In this document: positions 39,719 to 51,369 of the stretch, piece after piece
Layout: each line of letters begins with the position of its first letter
Position numbering within the stretch: position 1 is the first letter of the stretch
NCBI GenBank assembly: GCA_963514005.1
Contig: OY740781.1
Span: forward strand, 41,292,001-41,356,000
Direction: 5' to 3'
Origin: Raja brachyura
Lineage: Eukaryota
DNA: 64,000 nt
Translations under genes and position numbers: made by a program
Notes under the pieces: generated by a model
Told to the model about the DNA's origin: nothing
The model's database searches: none
Seen by the model: the letters and a program-made list of their open reading frames with translations, nothing else

Positions 39719-41371
39719 CTTTGTCATCAAAATGTACATACAAACAAGTGCAAATGCTAGTTAATACACCAAAGGACACAAAGTGAACTGAGGATGCTGG
39801 TTTACAAAGTGCTGGAGGAACTCAGCAGGTCAGACAGCATCTCTGGTGAAAATGGATCGGTGACATTAGGTGACATTGTTTTTGTTATCCTTGTTTTCTT
39901 CCTCAGTCTGCTCGCCCGATTTTCTATCCCACTGTCATTGTAGTTTAAATCTATCACCAACAGGCCTACCAATCCTGCTTGTCCAGGTCCCACCTTCCCC
40001 AGATCCAGTCTCTGTGTCTCAGGTATCTACACCCCTCCCTCATGCAGTTTACACACACACATTTATCTAAACAATTCTCATGGCCAAATGGCACAAGAAG
40101 TAATGCTGAGGCCACTCTAAGGCACTGGTTTTTAGTTTAGCTCCTAGCTATTTATGTTTCAGGACCTCATCTCTCTTCCTTTAGTTTAGTTTATTTTATT
40201 GTTGTCACGTGTACTGTGAGGTACAGTAAAAAGCTTTTGTTTGCTTGATATCCAGTCAAAGAAAAGACTATACATGATTACAATCAAGCCATCCACGGTG
40301 CACAGATATTGGATAAAGGGAACAACATTTAGTGCAAGATAACTTTACTGAAGGGTCCTGACCCAAAATGTTGCTTATCTATTACCTTCTCAAATGCTCA
40401 GTTTCTCCAGCACTTGTATTTTACATGATTACAATCGAGTTTGCAGTGCACAGAAACACGATAGGGGATTAACTTGTAGTGCAAGGTGAAGCCAGTAAAG
40501 TCCAATCAAAGATAGTCCGAGGGTTTCCGATGAGGTAGATAGTAGTTCAGGATGGTAGGATGGTAGATGTGGGGCAGAGGTGGGGCAAGAGCAGACAAGT
40601 GATATTTAGACACCTCGAAGAATCCTGACCTGGTACAATGTCTGTCCATTTCCCTCCACATATGCTGCCTGGCCAGCTGTGCTCCTCCAGCACTTTATGT
40701 CCAGCAGTCTAGTGTTGGCTCAAGATTCCAGCAACTCCTGTCTCTTGTGTCACCGCCTAAAGTGGACACTCTTTCCTACCCTGTCCACAGCTATTGCCTG
40801 AGCACCATTCTTTGTCTTGTATTTTAGTTAAAACAAAGTTCACTGATTAAGTTTGGAGCCAAGTTGGCAAGAAAGGCAAAAAAAAACTGGAGTAACTCAG
40901 CGGGTCAGACAGCATCTCTGGAGAAAACAAATAGATGACATTTTGGGTCAAGACCCTTCTTCAGACGAAGAAGAAATATTGTCTGACCCGCTGAGTTACT
41001 TCAGCTTTTTGTGTCTCTCTTCGGTTTAAACCACCATCTGCAGTTCCTTCCGACACATGACAGAGTTCACTATGTGGTTAATGAGGGAGAAAGTCCAAGG
41101 CTGTATAGATACTGAGAATTTGGCATTGTGGCGAGGAAGGAGGGTTTACTTGGGAGATATAGAGTTGGTGACTGGAATTTACATTGAATAAGAGGCTGCA
41201 GTGAGATCCAATCTCCCCACCGTTCCCCCAGCAGTCTGTTTTTTGATCTCTCATCTATATCAATACCATTTTATCAGTCTGCCTTAACACAGGCTTCCTG
41301 ACCGGCTGAGTATTTCCAAAATTCATTCATGATATTTAAGATTCCTGCCAACTGCTGTTGCTTTGCTTTTC

Positions 41372-41662
41372 AGGGGCGGTCGAAGCTCCTGCAGTTGAAA
41401 ATCCCAAAGTCGATCCCTAACAAAGGAACCACTGCAGCCTTAACAAACGAACTCGATGTTAAGGCTGCAGTGCGAACAGAGATACGATATGGAAAAAGTT
41501 GCATCTTCGTCGAGGGAAGAGATAAAAAATATTCTCCCCCCCCCCAACATAATACAAAACTAAAGATACACTAAAACATGCAAATAAAACAGACTAAAAG
41601 CAACAAAAGTAGAAATCGACGACACATACTGTTGGCGATGCTGCCACTTATGGTGCCACCCG
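41372..41662 (-). mobile_element. 5' part of the same GC-rich element family
   Basis: Reverse complement cgggtggcaccataagtggcagcatcgcc...tttagtgtatc resembles the heads at 914 and 20697. Confidence 0.5.
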
Positions 41663-41663
41663 T

Positions 41664-42472
41664 CATAGAGTCATAGAGTGATACAGTGTGGAAACAGGCC
41701 CTTCGGCCCAACTCACCCACGCAGGCCAACGTGCCGCAGCTACACTAGTCCCACCAGCATGCGCTTGGTCCATATCGTTCCAAACTTGTCCTATCCATGT
41801 ACCTGTCTAACTGTTTCTTAAACGTTGGGATATTCCCTACCTCAACCACCTCCTCTGGCAGCTTGTTCCATACACCCATCACCTATTGTGTGAAAAAGTT
41901 ACCCCCTCAGATTCCTATTAAATCTTTTCCTCTTCACGAGTCTATGTCCTCTGGTCCTTGATTCCCCTACTCTGGGCAAGAGATTCTGTGCATCTACCCG
42001 ATCTATTCCTCTAATCATTTTGTAAATTGTCCCTAGTGTGTGTAAGATAGTGCTGGCGTACGAGGATCGCTGGTCGATGCGGACTAGGTGGGCCAAAGGG
42101 CCTGTTTCTGCGCTAAGTTTCTGCCTGACCCACTCAGTTACTCAAGCATTTTGTGTCTATCTTTGCAGTTCCTTCCAGCATATGCTGTTTTTCTGTGCTG
42201 TCTGACTCTATGCTCAGGTGGTGATGCTGCTGTTTCCAAGGTTTTACATAGAAACATAAAAACATAGAAAACAGGTACAGGAGGAGGCCATTTGGCCCTT
42301 CGAGCCAGCACCGCCATTCATTGTGATCATCCACAATTAGTAACCCAGACCTGCCTTCTCTCCCCATATCCCTTGATTCCACTAGCCCCTACAGCTCTAT
42401 CTAACTCTCTTTTAAATTCATCCAGTGAATTGACCTCCACTGCCTACTGTGGCAGATCATTCCACAAATTCA
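41664..42472 (-). mobile_element. Cluster of CR1 3' fragments with SINE and pLTR pieces
   Basis: Minus CR1 tails starting at 41664 and 42247; SINE tail 42021-42116. Confidence 0.75.
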
Positions 42473-42559
42473 TTCATGGTTTTCATTGTAGCTGCACACC
42501 GTTGTGCTGGTTGGTGCATGTGACTGACAATAAACTCCACCTGGGTCAATGCACCGCAG

Positions 42560-42901
42560 CTTTGCTTTAGTCGGCCTGCACCCGCCTCTCCCCTCCTCCC
42601 CTTGCCCCTCCCTCTCGCCTCTCCCCTAGCCCCTCCCCTCTCCGCCCCCCGGCCTGGGCGGGGACACCGTACGTCACTGCCGGGACACCTTTCTGATTGG
42701 CGGCTGCATTGGCGGCCGGGGAGCTCTGATTGGCGGAGCGAGCTGCCACTCAGACATGGGGGTGGGGTTAGCCGGCGTTCTGGGGGCGCACCGCTATACA
42801 TAGCTCGCCGGGTGATCGCCGCCGGGTCCTAACGTCCGTCGACGGACGGTGTTGGCTGACTGTTCCCCGCGGTGCGGTGCAGTGGTGTCAGCAGGGTGGT
42901 C
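42560..42901 (+). promoter_or_regulatory. SIGMAR1 CpG-island promoter and 5' UTR
   Basis: GC/CpG-rich; GC boxes 42642-42647 and 42656-42661, ACGTCA CRE half-site 42671, three inverted CCAAT boxes (ATTGG at 42696, 42708, 42729), TATA-like TATACATA near 42796. Confidence 0.8.
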
Positions 42902-43040
42902 ATGAAGAGCGCGCTGTGCCGCGCCGTTGTCCTGGCGACCGTGGTCGGGTTGGCGTTCTGGACGGTCCGCGCGTGGACGGGCAGCAAGCAGCACGTGTTC
43001 GACGGGCAGCAGCTGGCGCGCCTGGCGCGGCAATACGCAG
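42902..43040 (+). CDS. SIGMAR1: SIGMAR1 exon 1 (MKSALCRAVVLATVVGLAFWTVRAW...LARQYA; N-terminal TM helix)
   Basis: Hydrophobic segment followed by VF...LARQYAG as in the sigma-1 receptor; CAG|GTGGGT phase-1 donor. Confidence 0.93.
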
Positions 43041-44179
43041 GTGGGTGCAGACTGCAGGCCGCAACGCTGTGCCCAAAGCAGTGGCCGAATTTATGCTGCA
43101 GGGGGGTGAGGGAACGCATACGTATGCATATGCACACGTGTATGCATCACATACGGAATCATGGAATGGGGGTGGGGTGGGCGGCAAGAACGGGGTACTG
43201 ATTCTGGATGGTCGACTGGGCTTGCTGGAATTTAGAAGGATGAGGGAATCTTATGGAAACATAAAATTATAAAAGGACTGGACAAGCTATGTGCAAGGAA
43301 AATGTTACCAATGTTGGGGGAGCCCAGAACCAGGGGTCACGGTTTAAGAATAAGGGGTAGGCCATTTAGTACTGAGATGAGGAAAAACTTTTTCACCCAG
43401 AGAGTTGTGAATCTGGAATTCTCTGCCACAGAATGCAGTGGAGGCCAATTAACTGGATGTTTTCAAGAGAGAGTTAGATTTAACCCTTGGGGCTAAGGGA
43501 ATCTAGGGATATGTGGAAAAAGCAGGAACGGGGTACTGATTTTGGATGCTCAGCCATGATCATATTGAATGGTGGTGCTGGCTTGTAGGGCCGAATGGCC
43601 TGCTGCTTCCCCTACAGGTACACCGTCTTGGAAGCTGTTGGGATGAATGACGCCTCCAGTCTGACTGGCGGTCAGGTCTTTCTATCAAATCCTGGCACTG
43701 TGGCTCAACCGGAGAGACCTATGTCAAGTAATGCCGTAGTGGTGGGTTTCTCAGTGGTGTGAGGTATGGACAGAAGATTCTGCGGGAACGGGCGAGACTC
43801 GAGGATGGTGTGTTGCCTACCTGGTACGAGGGTCCAAGAGGTTTTGGACCGATTGTTGGGCATCCTTAAGTGGGGAAGGGGAGCAACTGGTGCATGTGGG
43901 CACAGATGACGTCGGGAAGAAGAGGAAGGAGGTTCTGCAACGTGAGTTTAGAGATTTAGGAAGAAGGCTGAAAAGTAGAACCTCTGGAGTGGTTATCTTG
44001 GTTTGCTTCCAGTTCCTCGTGCTGGTGAGGGCAGGACCAGGGAGATAGGGGATCTGAATGTGTAGCTGAGGAACTGGTTCAAGGGGCAGGGATTTAAATT
44101 TATGGACCACTGGGATCTCTTCTGGGATAGGGGAGACCTGTACAAAAGAGATGGGTTGCACCTAAACTGGAGGGGGACC

Positions 44180-44672
44180 CAGTGCTTCCACACCTCAACA
44201 TTTTTTCCCCCCTAAAATAGAATTCAAAATTACCTGGAATTTGATGGTATTTCTCGTCCCGGTAAGCCTTCCCCAACTGCGCATGTGCGACTGCTGCCCC
44301 ATCAGCGCACACGTGGATACCGGGCCCACTGCGCATGCGCGTTCCTACCGCGTCACCGGCGCCATTTTTAATTATGACGCGGCTGACGGGCCTCTCCCAA
44401 CTACCCGTCAGCCGCGTCGTAGATATACAGGCACTCCGTTTTTTACCGCAAATCATCCCGTGGGCCTGATTGGACCTTTTGGCGTCTCCCCGCGTGTGTG
44501 CAGTGGACCCGGATTCCGCGCATGCGCAGTTGGGGCGGCAGTTACACATGCGTAGTTTGGGAAGGCTTAACGGGCCAGGAAATTTCCCAAAATTATTAAA
44601 TTCCCGAAAATTACCCGAAGACAACCAGAATTTCCTGAATTTCAGGTAATTTCCTTCAAAGTGGAAACACTG
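44180..44672. mobile_element. Non-autonomous hAT-type MITE, 493 bp
   Basis: TIR CAGTGCTTCCAC / GTGGAAACACTG; perfect 8-bp TSD gggggacc (44172-44179, 44673-44680) inside CR1 ORF1. Confidence 0.88.
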
Positions 44673-45806
44673 GGGGGACCAACATTCTGGCAGGCAGGTT
44701 TGCTAGTGCTGCACTGGTGGATTTAATCTAAATAGGGGATGGGGGGGCGGGGGCGGAAAGGGGTCGACCAATTGGAAGTATGAAGATGGAGTTGGAAAGA
44801 GAGTGCAGGAAAGGTTACGAAAGACATCTGAATTAATGGGACGGAAAGTTCAAGAAGGGATACGAGAGTAAGGTCAGATGAAATAGCAACCAGTGTGAGA
44901 GGGGAGGCGAGTACTGAATTAAAAGTTATATATGAATGCACGAATTATAAGAAATAAAGTGGATTAGCTTGGGGCTCAGTTAAAGATTGGTAGGTATGAT
45001 GTTGTGGGAATTACGGAGACATGGCTGCAAGAGGTCCTGGGCTGGGAACTGAATATTGAGGGTTATACGTCCTATCGAAAAGACAGACGGGTGGGCAGAG
45101 GGTTTGGGGTGGCTATGTTGGTAAGGAAAGAAATTCAGTCCTTTGCGAAGGGGTGACATAGAATCAGAACATATAGTCTTTGTTGATAGAACTGAGGAAT
45201 TTTAAGAGCAAGAACACTAATGGGAGTTATGTACAGGCCCCCAAACAGTAGCCTGGATATAGGGTGCAAGTTACATCAGGAGTTAAAATTGGCATGTAAC
45301 AAAGGGAATGCTACGGTGGTTATGGGAGATTTCAATATGCAGGTAAATCAGGTTGGTACTGGACCCCAAGAAAGGGAGTTTGTAGAGTGCCTCCGAGATG
45401 GATTCGTAGAGCAGTTTGTACTGGAGCATACCAGGGAGAAGGCAATGCTGGATTTAGTGTTGTGTAATGAACTGGATTTGATAAGGGAACTCAAGGTAAA
45501 GGACCTAGGAGGTAGTGACTTATATGATAAATTTTGACCTGCAATTTGAGAGGGAGAAGGTAAAATCAGAAGTGTCAGTATTGCAGTTGAACCAAGGTAA
45601 CTATGGAGGCATGAGGGTGGAATGGGCCAAAGCAGACTGGAAAGGGACCCAAGCAGGGGTGAATGTGGAACAGCAATGGCAGGAATTTCTGGGAATAATC
45701 CAGAAGATGCAGGATTGTTTCATTCCAAAGAGGAAGAAAGATTCTAAGGGGAGTAAGAGGCAAACGAGGCTGACAAGGGAAGTCAAGGACAGTATAAAAC
45801 TAAAAG

Positions 45807-47607
45807 CGGGCATGAGATTTCTCCACGGGTTTTGAAATTTGGTAAGGCACCGCCGCGACTGCGAGCTTCACAGCTGCCGTGCCCCATCATCGCGGGTAAA
45901 GATCAATGAGCTCCGCTCCATGATCTTTGGTCGCAAGGCTTCACCGCTGCTGAGGCCTCATCGCTGTCAACTTCACACCTCCGTGTGGCTGACCCGGGCC
46001 CTGGCCGCAGGCTCTGTCAACCGCTTTGTCCGACCCGGGCATCTACCCACGAGGCCCCGGCCAGGGTTCAACGCGGCGATCCGGGAGACATCAAGACCGC
46101 GGCGCCTCGATAAAGGCTTCTGGTTGCATTCTCGGTTCACAGTCACAGCCTGTCGGGAAGCCTTCAGGTTGCGCAATACAATGTATTGTTGCATTTCCAA
46201 CTTTGGACTCGCCATTGAGTCAGCAATTAGCATTCCTTAATAGATAGTGACTTTGAAAATTCTGGCAATCATAAAATGCCCAGTAATCAAAAGATAAAAG
46301 ATTATTAGCTTCTTTTTCTTCTTTTAAAAAAAATAATTTGACCATAGATTTAAAGAAATTAAATCTTTAATTTTAAATTTTGGGAAGTGTTATTTTCAAA
46401 TAATGTCTTAAATTCCAGGTTGAGATGTTAATATTTTGTCCACTGTACTTAATTTTATTGAGTAGGTATGTTGTACAATATGATCATCTTTGAAGTAAAT
46501 GGAACATTATTTTAATCCTAACTGTTAAGAGTTGGATTTGAAATTAATTAGGCGTTTAAATACTTCTTTCTAATTAGACTAAACAAGCAAGGAACAGGTA
46601 TCATGTTACAAGTAGGTGTAATATAAAATATTTTTAATATGACTTCAGTGTAAACAAGCAAGGAGTTGGTGTCATTTTAAGTATGATTATCACACATTTT
46701 CTGTGTAAATTAAGAAACATAGAAGCATAGAAATTAGGTGCAGGAGTAGGCCATTCGGCCCTTCGAGCCTGCACCGCCATTCAATATGATCATGGCTGAT
46801 CATCCAACTCAGTATCCTGTACCTGCCTTCTCTCATACCCTCTGATCCCCTTAGCCATAAGGGCCACATCTAACTCCCTCTTAAATATAGCCAATGAACT
46901 GGCCTCAACTACCCTCTGTGGCAGAGAGTTCCAGAGACCCACCACTCTCTGTGTGAAAAAAGTCCTTCTCATCTCGGTCCTAAAGGATTTCCCCCTTATC
47001 CTTAAGCTGTGACCCCTTGTCCTGGACCTCCCCAACATCGGGAACAATCTTCCTGCATCTAGCCTGTCCAACCCCTTAAGAATTTTGTAAGTTTCTATAA
47101 GATCGCCTCTCAATCTCCTAAATTCTAGAGAGTATAAACCAAGTCTATGCAGTCTTTGTTCATAAGAGAGTCCTGACATCCCAGGAATCAGTCTGGTGAA
47201 CCTTCTCTGCACTCCCTCTATGGCAATAATGTCCTTCCTCAGATTTGGAGACCAGAACTGTACGCAATACTCCAGGTGTGGTCTCACCAAGACCCTATAC
47301 AACTGAAGTAGAACCTCCCTGCTCCTATACTCAAATCAGTAGGAATTAACGGGTCTCTTTCAGAAGTGACAAGCAAGTAAAATGTGTTATTTTTAAGGTA
47401 CAATAAAAAAATTGTATAAATTAAGGGTAAACAAGCAAGGAAGTGTCATTTCAAGGTACAATTATCAACAAGTTTCTGCATATAGGGGGTGCTGCCCCCT
47501 TTTACCCCTGCCTGGGGCATTGCCCCTTGGAACCCTACCAGGTGGCAATGCCCCTGGACTCCCATCTCTCTTACTCTTTTTTCAGTTTTTCCCCCATCTC
47601 ATGCCTG
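45807..47607. mobile_element. Non-autonomous DNA element (hAT-like) with a nested CR1
   Basis: Termini cgggcatgagat / atctcatgcctg; the host CR1 ORF2 resumes right after it; TSD degenerate; internal taaacaagcaagg repeats. Confidence 0.7.
46714..47336 (-). mobile_element. Young CR1 3' fragment nested in the DNA element
   Basis: 170-aa open ORF2 C-terminus and intact tail. Confidence 0.92.
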
Positions 47608-48161
47608 TTAAGGAGAAGATGTATTACATAGCAAAGATGAGTGGGAAGCCAGAGGCTTTGGAAACTTTTAAAGAACAACAGAAGGTAACTAAAAGGCAAT
47701 ATGGGGAGAAAATATGAAGTACAAAGGTAAGCTAGCCAAGAATATAAAGGAGGATAGTAAAAGCTTCTTTAGGTATGTTAAAAGGAAATGATTAGTTAAG
47801 ACAAATGTGAGTCCCTTGAATACAGAAACAGGTGAATTTATTATGGGGAACAAGGAAATGGCAGATGAGTTGAACAGGTACTTTTTCTATTTTCACTAAG
47901 ACGCAAACAATCTCCTAGATGTACTAGGGGACAGAGAATCTACGGTGACAGAGGAACTGAAGGAAATTCACATTAGTCATGGATGTACTGCACCTGGACT
48001 TTCAGAAAGCCTTTGATGAGGTCCCAAACAGGAGATTAGTGGGCAAAATTACAGCACATGGCATTGGAGGTTGGGTATTGACATGGATAGAAAATTGGTT
48101 GGCAGACAGGAAACAGTAGGAATTAACGGTTCTCTTTCAGAATGGCAGGTAGTGACTCGTG

Positions 48162-48907
48162 CAGAGCTCCCAAGTAGTAGGGATTTCCTATATTTTGTGG
48201 GAATTTAAACGAAGAACTGTCAGCTACAGCGTTCTGGGTTCTAAAAATAGCGCTACCAGCTGGAGAGCTATGGGCTTGAAACCTAGTGTAATGGGCATTA
48301 AATATAGCGCTATGGCCACAGCGCTGTGGGTCACAGACTTCAGGCAAATTCTCGTATAACAATGAGCCTTTGGAATTCTCTTTGAGCCTTTGATTGTTTT
48401 TCACTCAGTGGTAGAATTCTGGATAAGGCTAGTGGTGAAAGGTTACCAGGGAGAGAGGTAGGGGTGGAGGGAGGGAGAGAGAGGGAGGAAGGGAACAAGA
48501 GAGGGAGGGAGAAAAAAAAGAAAGAGGGAGGAAGAGAGAGAAGGAGGGATAGAGAGGAAGGAGGGGTAGAGAGAGGAAGGATGGATAAAGAGGAAGGAGA
48601 TGGAGAGAGAGGGAGGCTTCCAAAATAGTTTCTACATCATCATCTGGTGCTAAAAGCAGGAAGCAGCCATTCAAACAGCAGTATACAAAGAGAAGGCAAT
48701 GAATGCACTGTCAAGTAAGGTGTGTAGAAGACATGTCAATCGGTAGTAAAGTTATGCATTCTTGTACTCTTATATGGGTATGACTGCACATAAATAAAAA
48801 CTTTTTTCGGCAAAAGTGCACCGCGTATAAATACTGATTTCCTCAGCAAAATACTGATTTTCAGGTACTTAAATACTGAAATGCTCGGACAAAACTTGGC
48901 AGCTCTG
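48162..48907. mobile_element. Non-autonomous DNA element with 6-bp TSD, 746 bp
   Basis: TIR CAGAGCTCCCAAG / CTTGGCAGCTCTG; TSD ctcgtg/ctagtg; interrupts CR1 RT at the VTSGVPQ motif; contains a GA-rich tract at about 48450-48615. Confidence 0.78.
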
Positions 48908-49509
48908 CTAGTGCGGTGCCGCAAGATTCGGTACTGGGACCGCAGCAATTTACAATACATATTAATGATTTAGATGAAGGAATTAAAAGTAACATTAGCA
49001 AATTTGCAGATGACACAAAGCTGGGTGGCAGTGAACTGTGAAGAGGATGCAGGGCAACCTGAATAGAATGGGCAGATGCATGGCAGATACATGTGAGGTT
49101 ATTTACTTTGGTGGCAAGAACAAGAAGGCAGATTATTATCTGAATCATGTCAGATTAGGAAAAGGGGAAGTGCAATGAGACCTGGATGTCCCTGCACATC
49201 AGTCACTGAAAGTAAGCATGCAGGTTGAGCAGGCAGTGAAGAAAGCTAATGGCATGTTAACGTTCATAAGGAGAGGATTTGAGTATAGAAGAAAGAGGTC
49301 CTTCTGCAGGGCCCTGGGGAGACCACACCTGGAGTATTGTGTGAAGATTTGATCTAATTACATTGAATGGCCTCATGATCACATTGAAAGGCATTGCTTG
49401 CTGGAAGGGCTGAATGGCTTACTCCTGCACCTATTGTCTAATTTGAGGAAGGACATTCTTGCTATTGAGGGAGTGCAGCATAAATTCATGAGGTTAATTC
49501 CCGGGATGG

Positions 49510-50770
49510 CGAGAGGTGGTGGGTTTCTTGAATATGTGAGCAGAGAGACAGAGGGCTATACAATGAGGATAGAAGCAATAGGTAGCAAGGTGGCAGACAG
49601 ACAGATCCAGGGCAAAAATCAAAAAGGGCCAGCTTTCAACATAATTGTATAAGGGGTAAGAGCGTTGTAAAAACAAGCCTGAAGGCTTTGTGTCTCAATG
49701 TGAGGAGCATTCGTAATAAGGTGGATGAGTTGAATGTGCAGATAGCTATTAATGATTATGAAATAGTTGGGATCACGGAGACATGGATCCAGGGTGACCA
49801 AGGCTGGGAACTGAACATCCAGAGATATTCAATATTCAGGAGGGATAGACAGAAAGGAAAAGGAGGTGGGGTAGCGTTGCTGGTTAGAGAGGAGATTAAT
49901 GCAATAGAAAGGAAGGAGATTAGCTTGGAGGATGTGGAATCGATATGGGTAGAGCTGCGAAACACTAAGGGGCAGAAAACGCTAGTGGGTATTGTGTACA
50001 GGCCACCTAACAGTAGTAGTGGAGTTGGGGATGGCATCAAACAGGAAATTAGAAATGCATGCAACAAAGGTAAAGCCGTTATAATGGGTGACTTCAATCT
50101 ACATATAGATAGGGTGAATCAAATTGGCAGGGGTGCTGAGGAAGAGGATTTCTTGGAATGTATGCGGGATAGTTTTCTAAACCAACATGTTGAGGAACCA
50201 ACGAGAGAGCAGGTTATTCTAGACTGGGTATTGAGTAATTAGGAAGGGGTAGTTAGCAGCCTTGTTGTCCGTGGCCCTTGGGAAAGAGTGACCATAATAT
50301 GGTTGAGTTCTTCATTAGGATGGAGAGTGACATTGTCAATTCAGAAACACGGGTCCTGAACTTAAAGAAAGCTAACTTTGAGGGTATAAGACGTGAATTG
50401 GCCAAGATAGACTGGCAATTGATTCTTGAAGGGTTGACGGTGGATATGCAATGGAAGGCATTTAAAGACTGCATGGATGAACTACAACAATTGTTCATAC
50501 CAGTTTGGCAAAATAATAAATCGGGGAAGGTATTGCATCCGTGGATAACAAGGGAAATCAGGGATGGTATCAAAGCAAAAGATGAAGCGTACAAATTAGC
50601 CAGAGAAAGCAGTCTACCAGAGGACTGGGAGAAATTCAGAGTCCAACAGAGGAGGACAAAGGGCTTAATTAGGAAAGGGAAAATGGATTATGAAAGAAAA
50701 CTGGCAGGGAACATAAAAAACATACTGCAAAAGTTTTTATCGATATGTGAAGAGAAAAAGATTAGTTAAA
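49510..50770 (+). mobile_element. CR1 ORF2 N-terminal (APE endonuclease) region
   Basis: CLNVRSIRNK, GITETW, YRPPNS, MGDFN, SDH motifs. Confidence 0.9.
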
Positions 50771-50774
50771 ACAG

Positions 50775-51315
50775 TCAGTGAAGGTGCCGTCTTTGGTGTA
50801 GGGAGAGTAAAGGAGAGGAGAGAGTATGCAGCCTTGCGGTGCTCCTATGCTGAGTGTTTGCGGGTTTGAGATGTGCTTTCACAACCTCACATGCTGCTTC
50901 CTGTCTGTCAGGAAGCTGGTGATCCACCGACAGAGGGGTTCAGGCACAGTCAACTCGTAAAGTTTGGAGTGTAGTAGCTCTGGCACAATGGTGTTGAATG
51001 CAGAGCTACAATCAACAAACAGGATCCTCGCATAGGTCCCCTGGCGGTCTCGGTGCTGTAGGATGAAGTGCAGGCCCAGGTTGACTGCATCATCCACAGA
51101 TCTATTGGCCCGATATGCAAACTGCAGAGGGTGCAGCAGGGGGTTTGTGATATTTTTCAGCTTGGCCAGCACAAGCCTTTCGAGGGGCTTCATGACCACA
51201 GAGGTCAGTGCGACAGGCCTGTAGTCATTAAGACAAATAATCCTTGCCTTTTTGGGTACAGGGACAATAGTGGAGACTTTGAAACAGGCAGGGACAGTAC
51301 ATGTTTGCAGGGACT
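50775..51315 (-). mobile_element. LINE RT fragment (Rex1/Babar- or L2-like)
   Basis: [36 protein letters not shown] motifs. Confidence 0.85.
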
Positions 51316-51369
51316 AAATGTCTGTATAGACAAAAATGTCAGCTGTTTGGCACAGATCTTAAGAGGGGG

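Larger units (their letters stand above)
43613..49505 (+). mobile_element. Long decayed CR1 (ORF1 esterase, APE endonuclease, RT) split by nested insertions
   Basis: RMVCCLPG and DGLHLN (ORF1); VGITETW, YRPPNS, MGDFN (APE); DFQKAFD, FADDTK (RT), in colinear order. Confidence 0.85.

Noticed and set aside
42541-42600. Single bidirectional promoter with a non-coding GALT exon (CAG|GTGGAG on minus)
   Set aside because: GALT has its own coding exon 1 and motif cluster at 34.1-34.5 kb; without transcript data this is unsupported, though not excluded.
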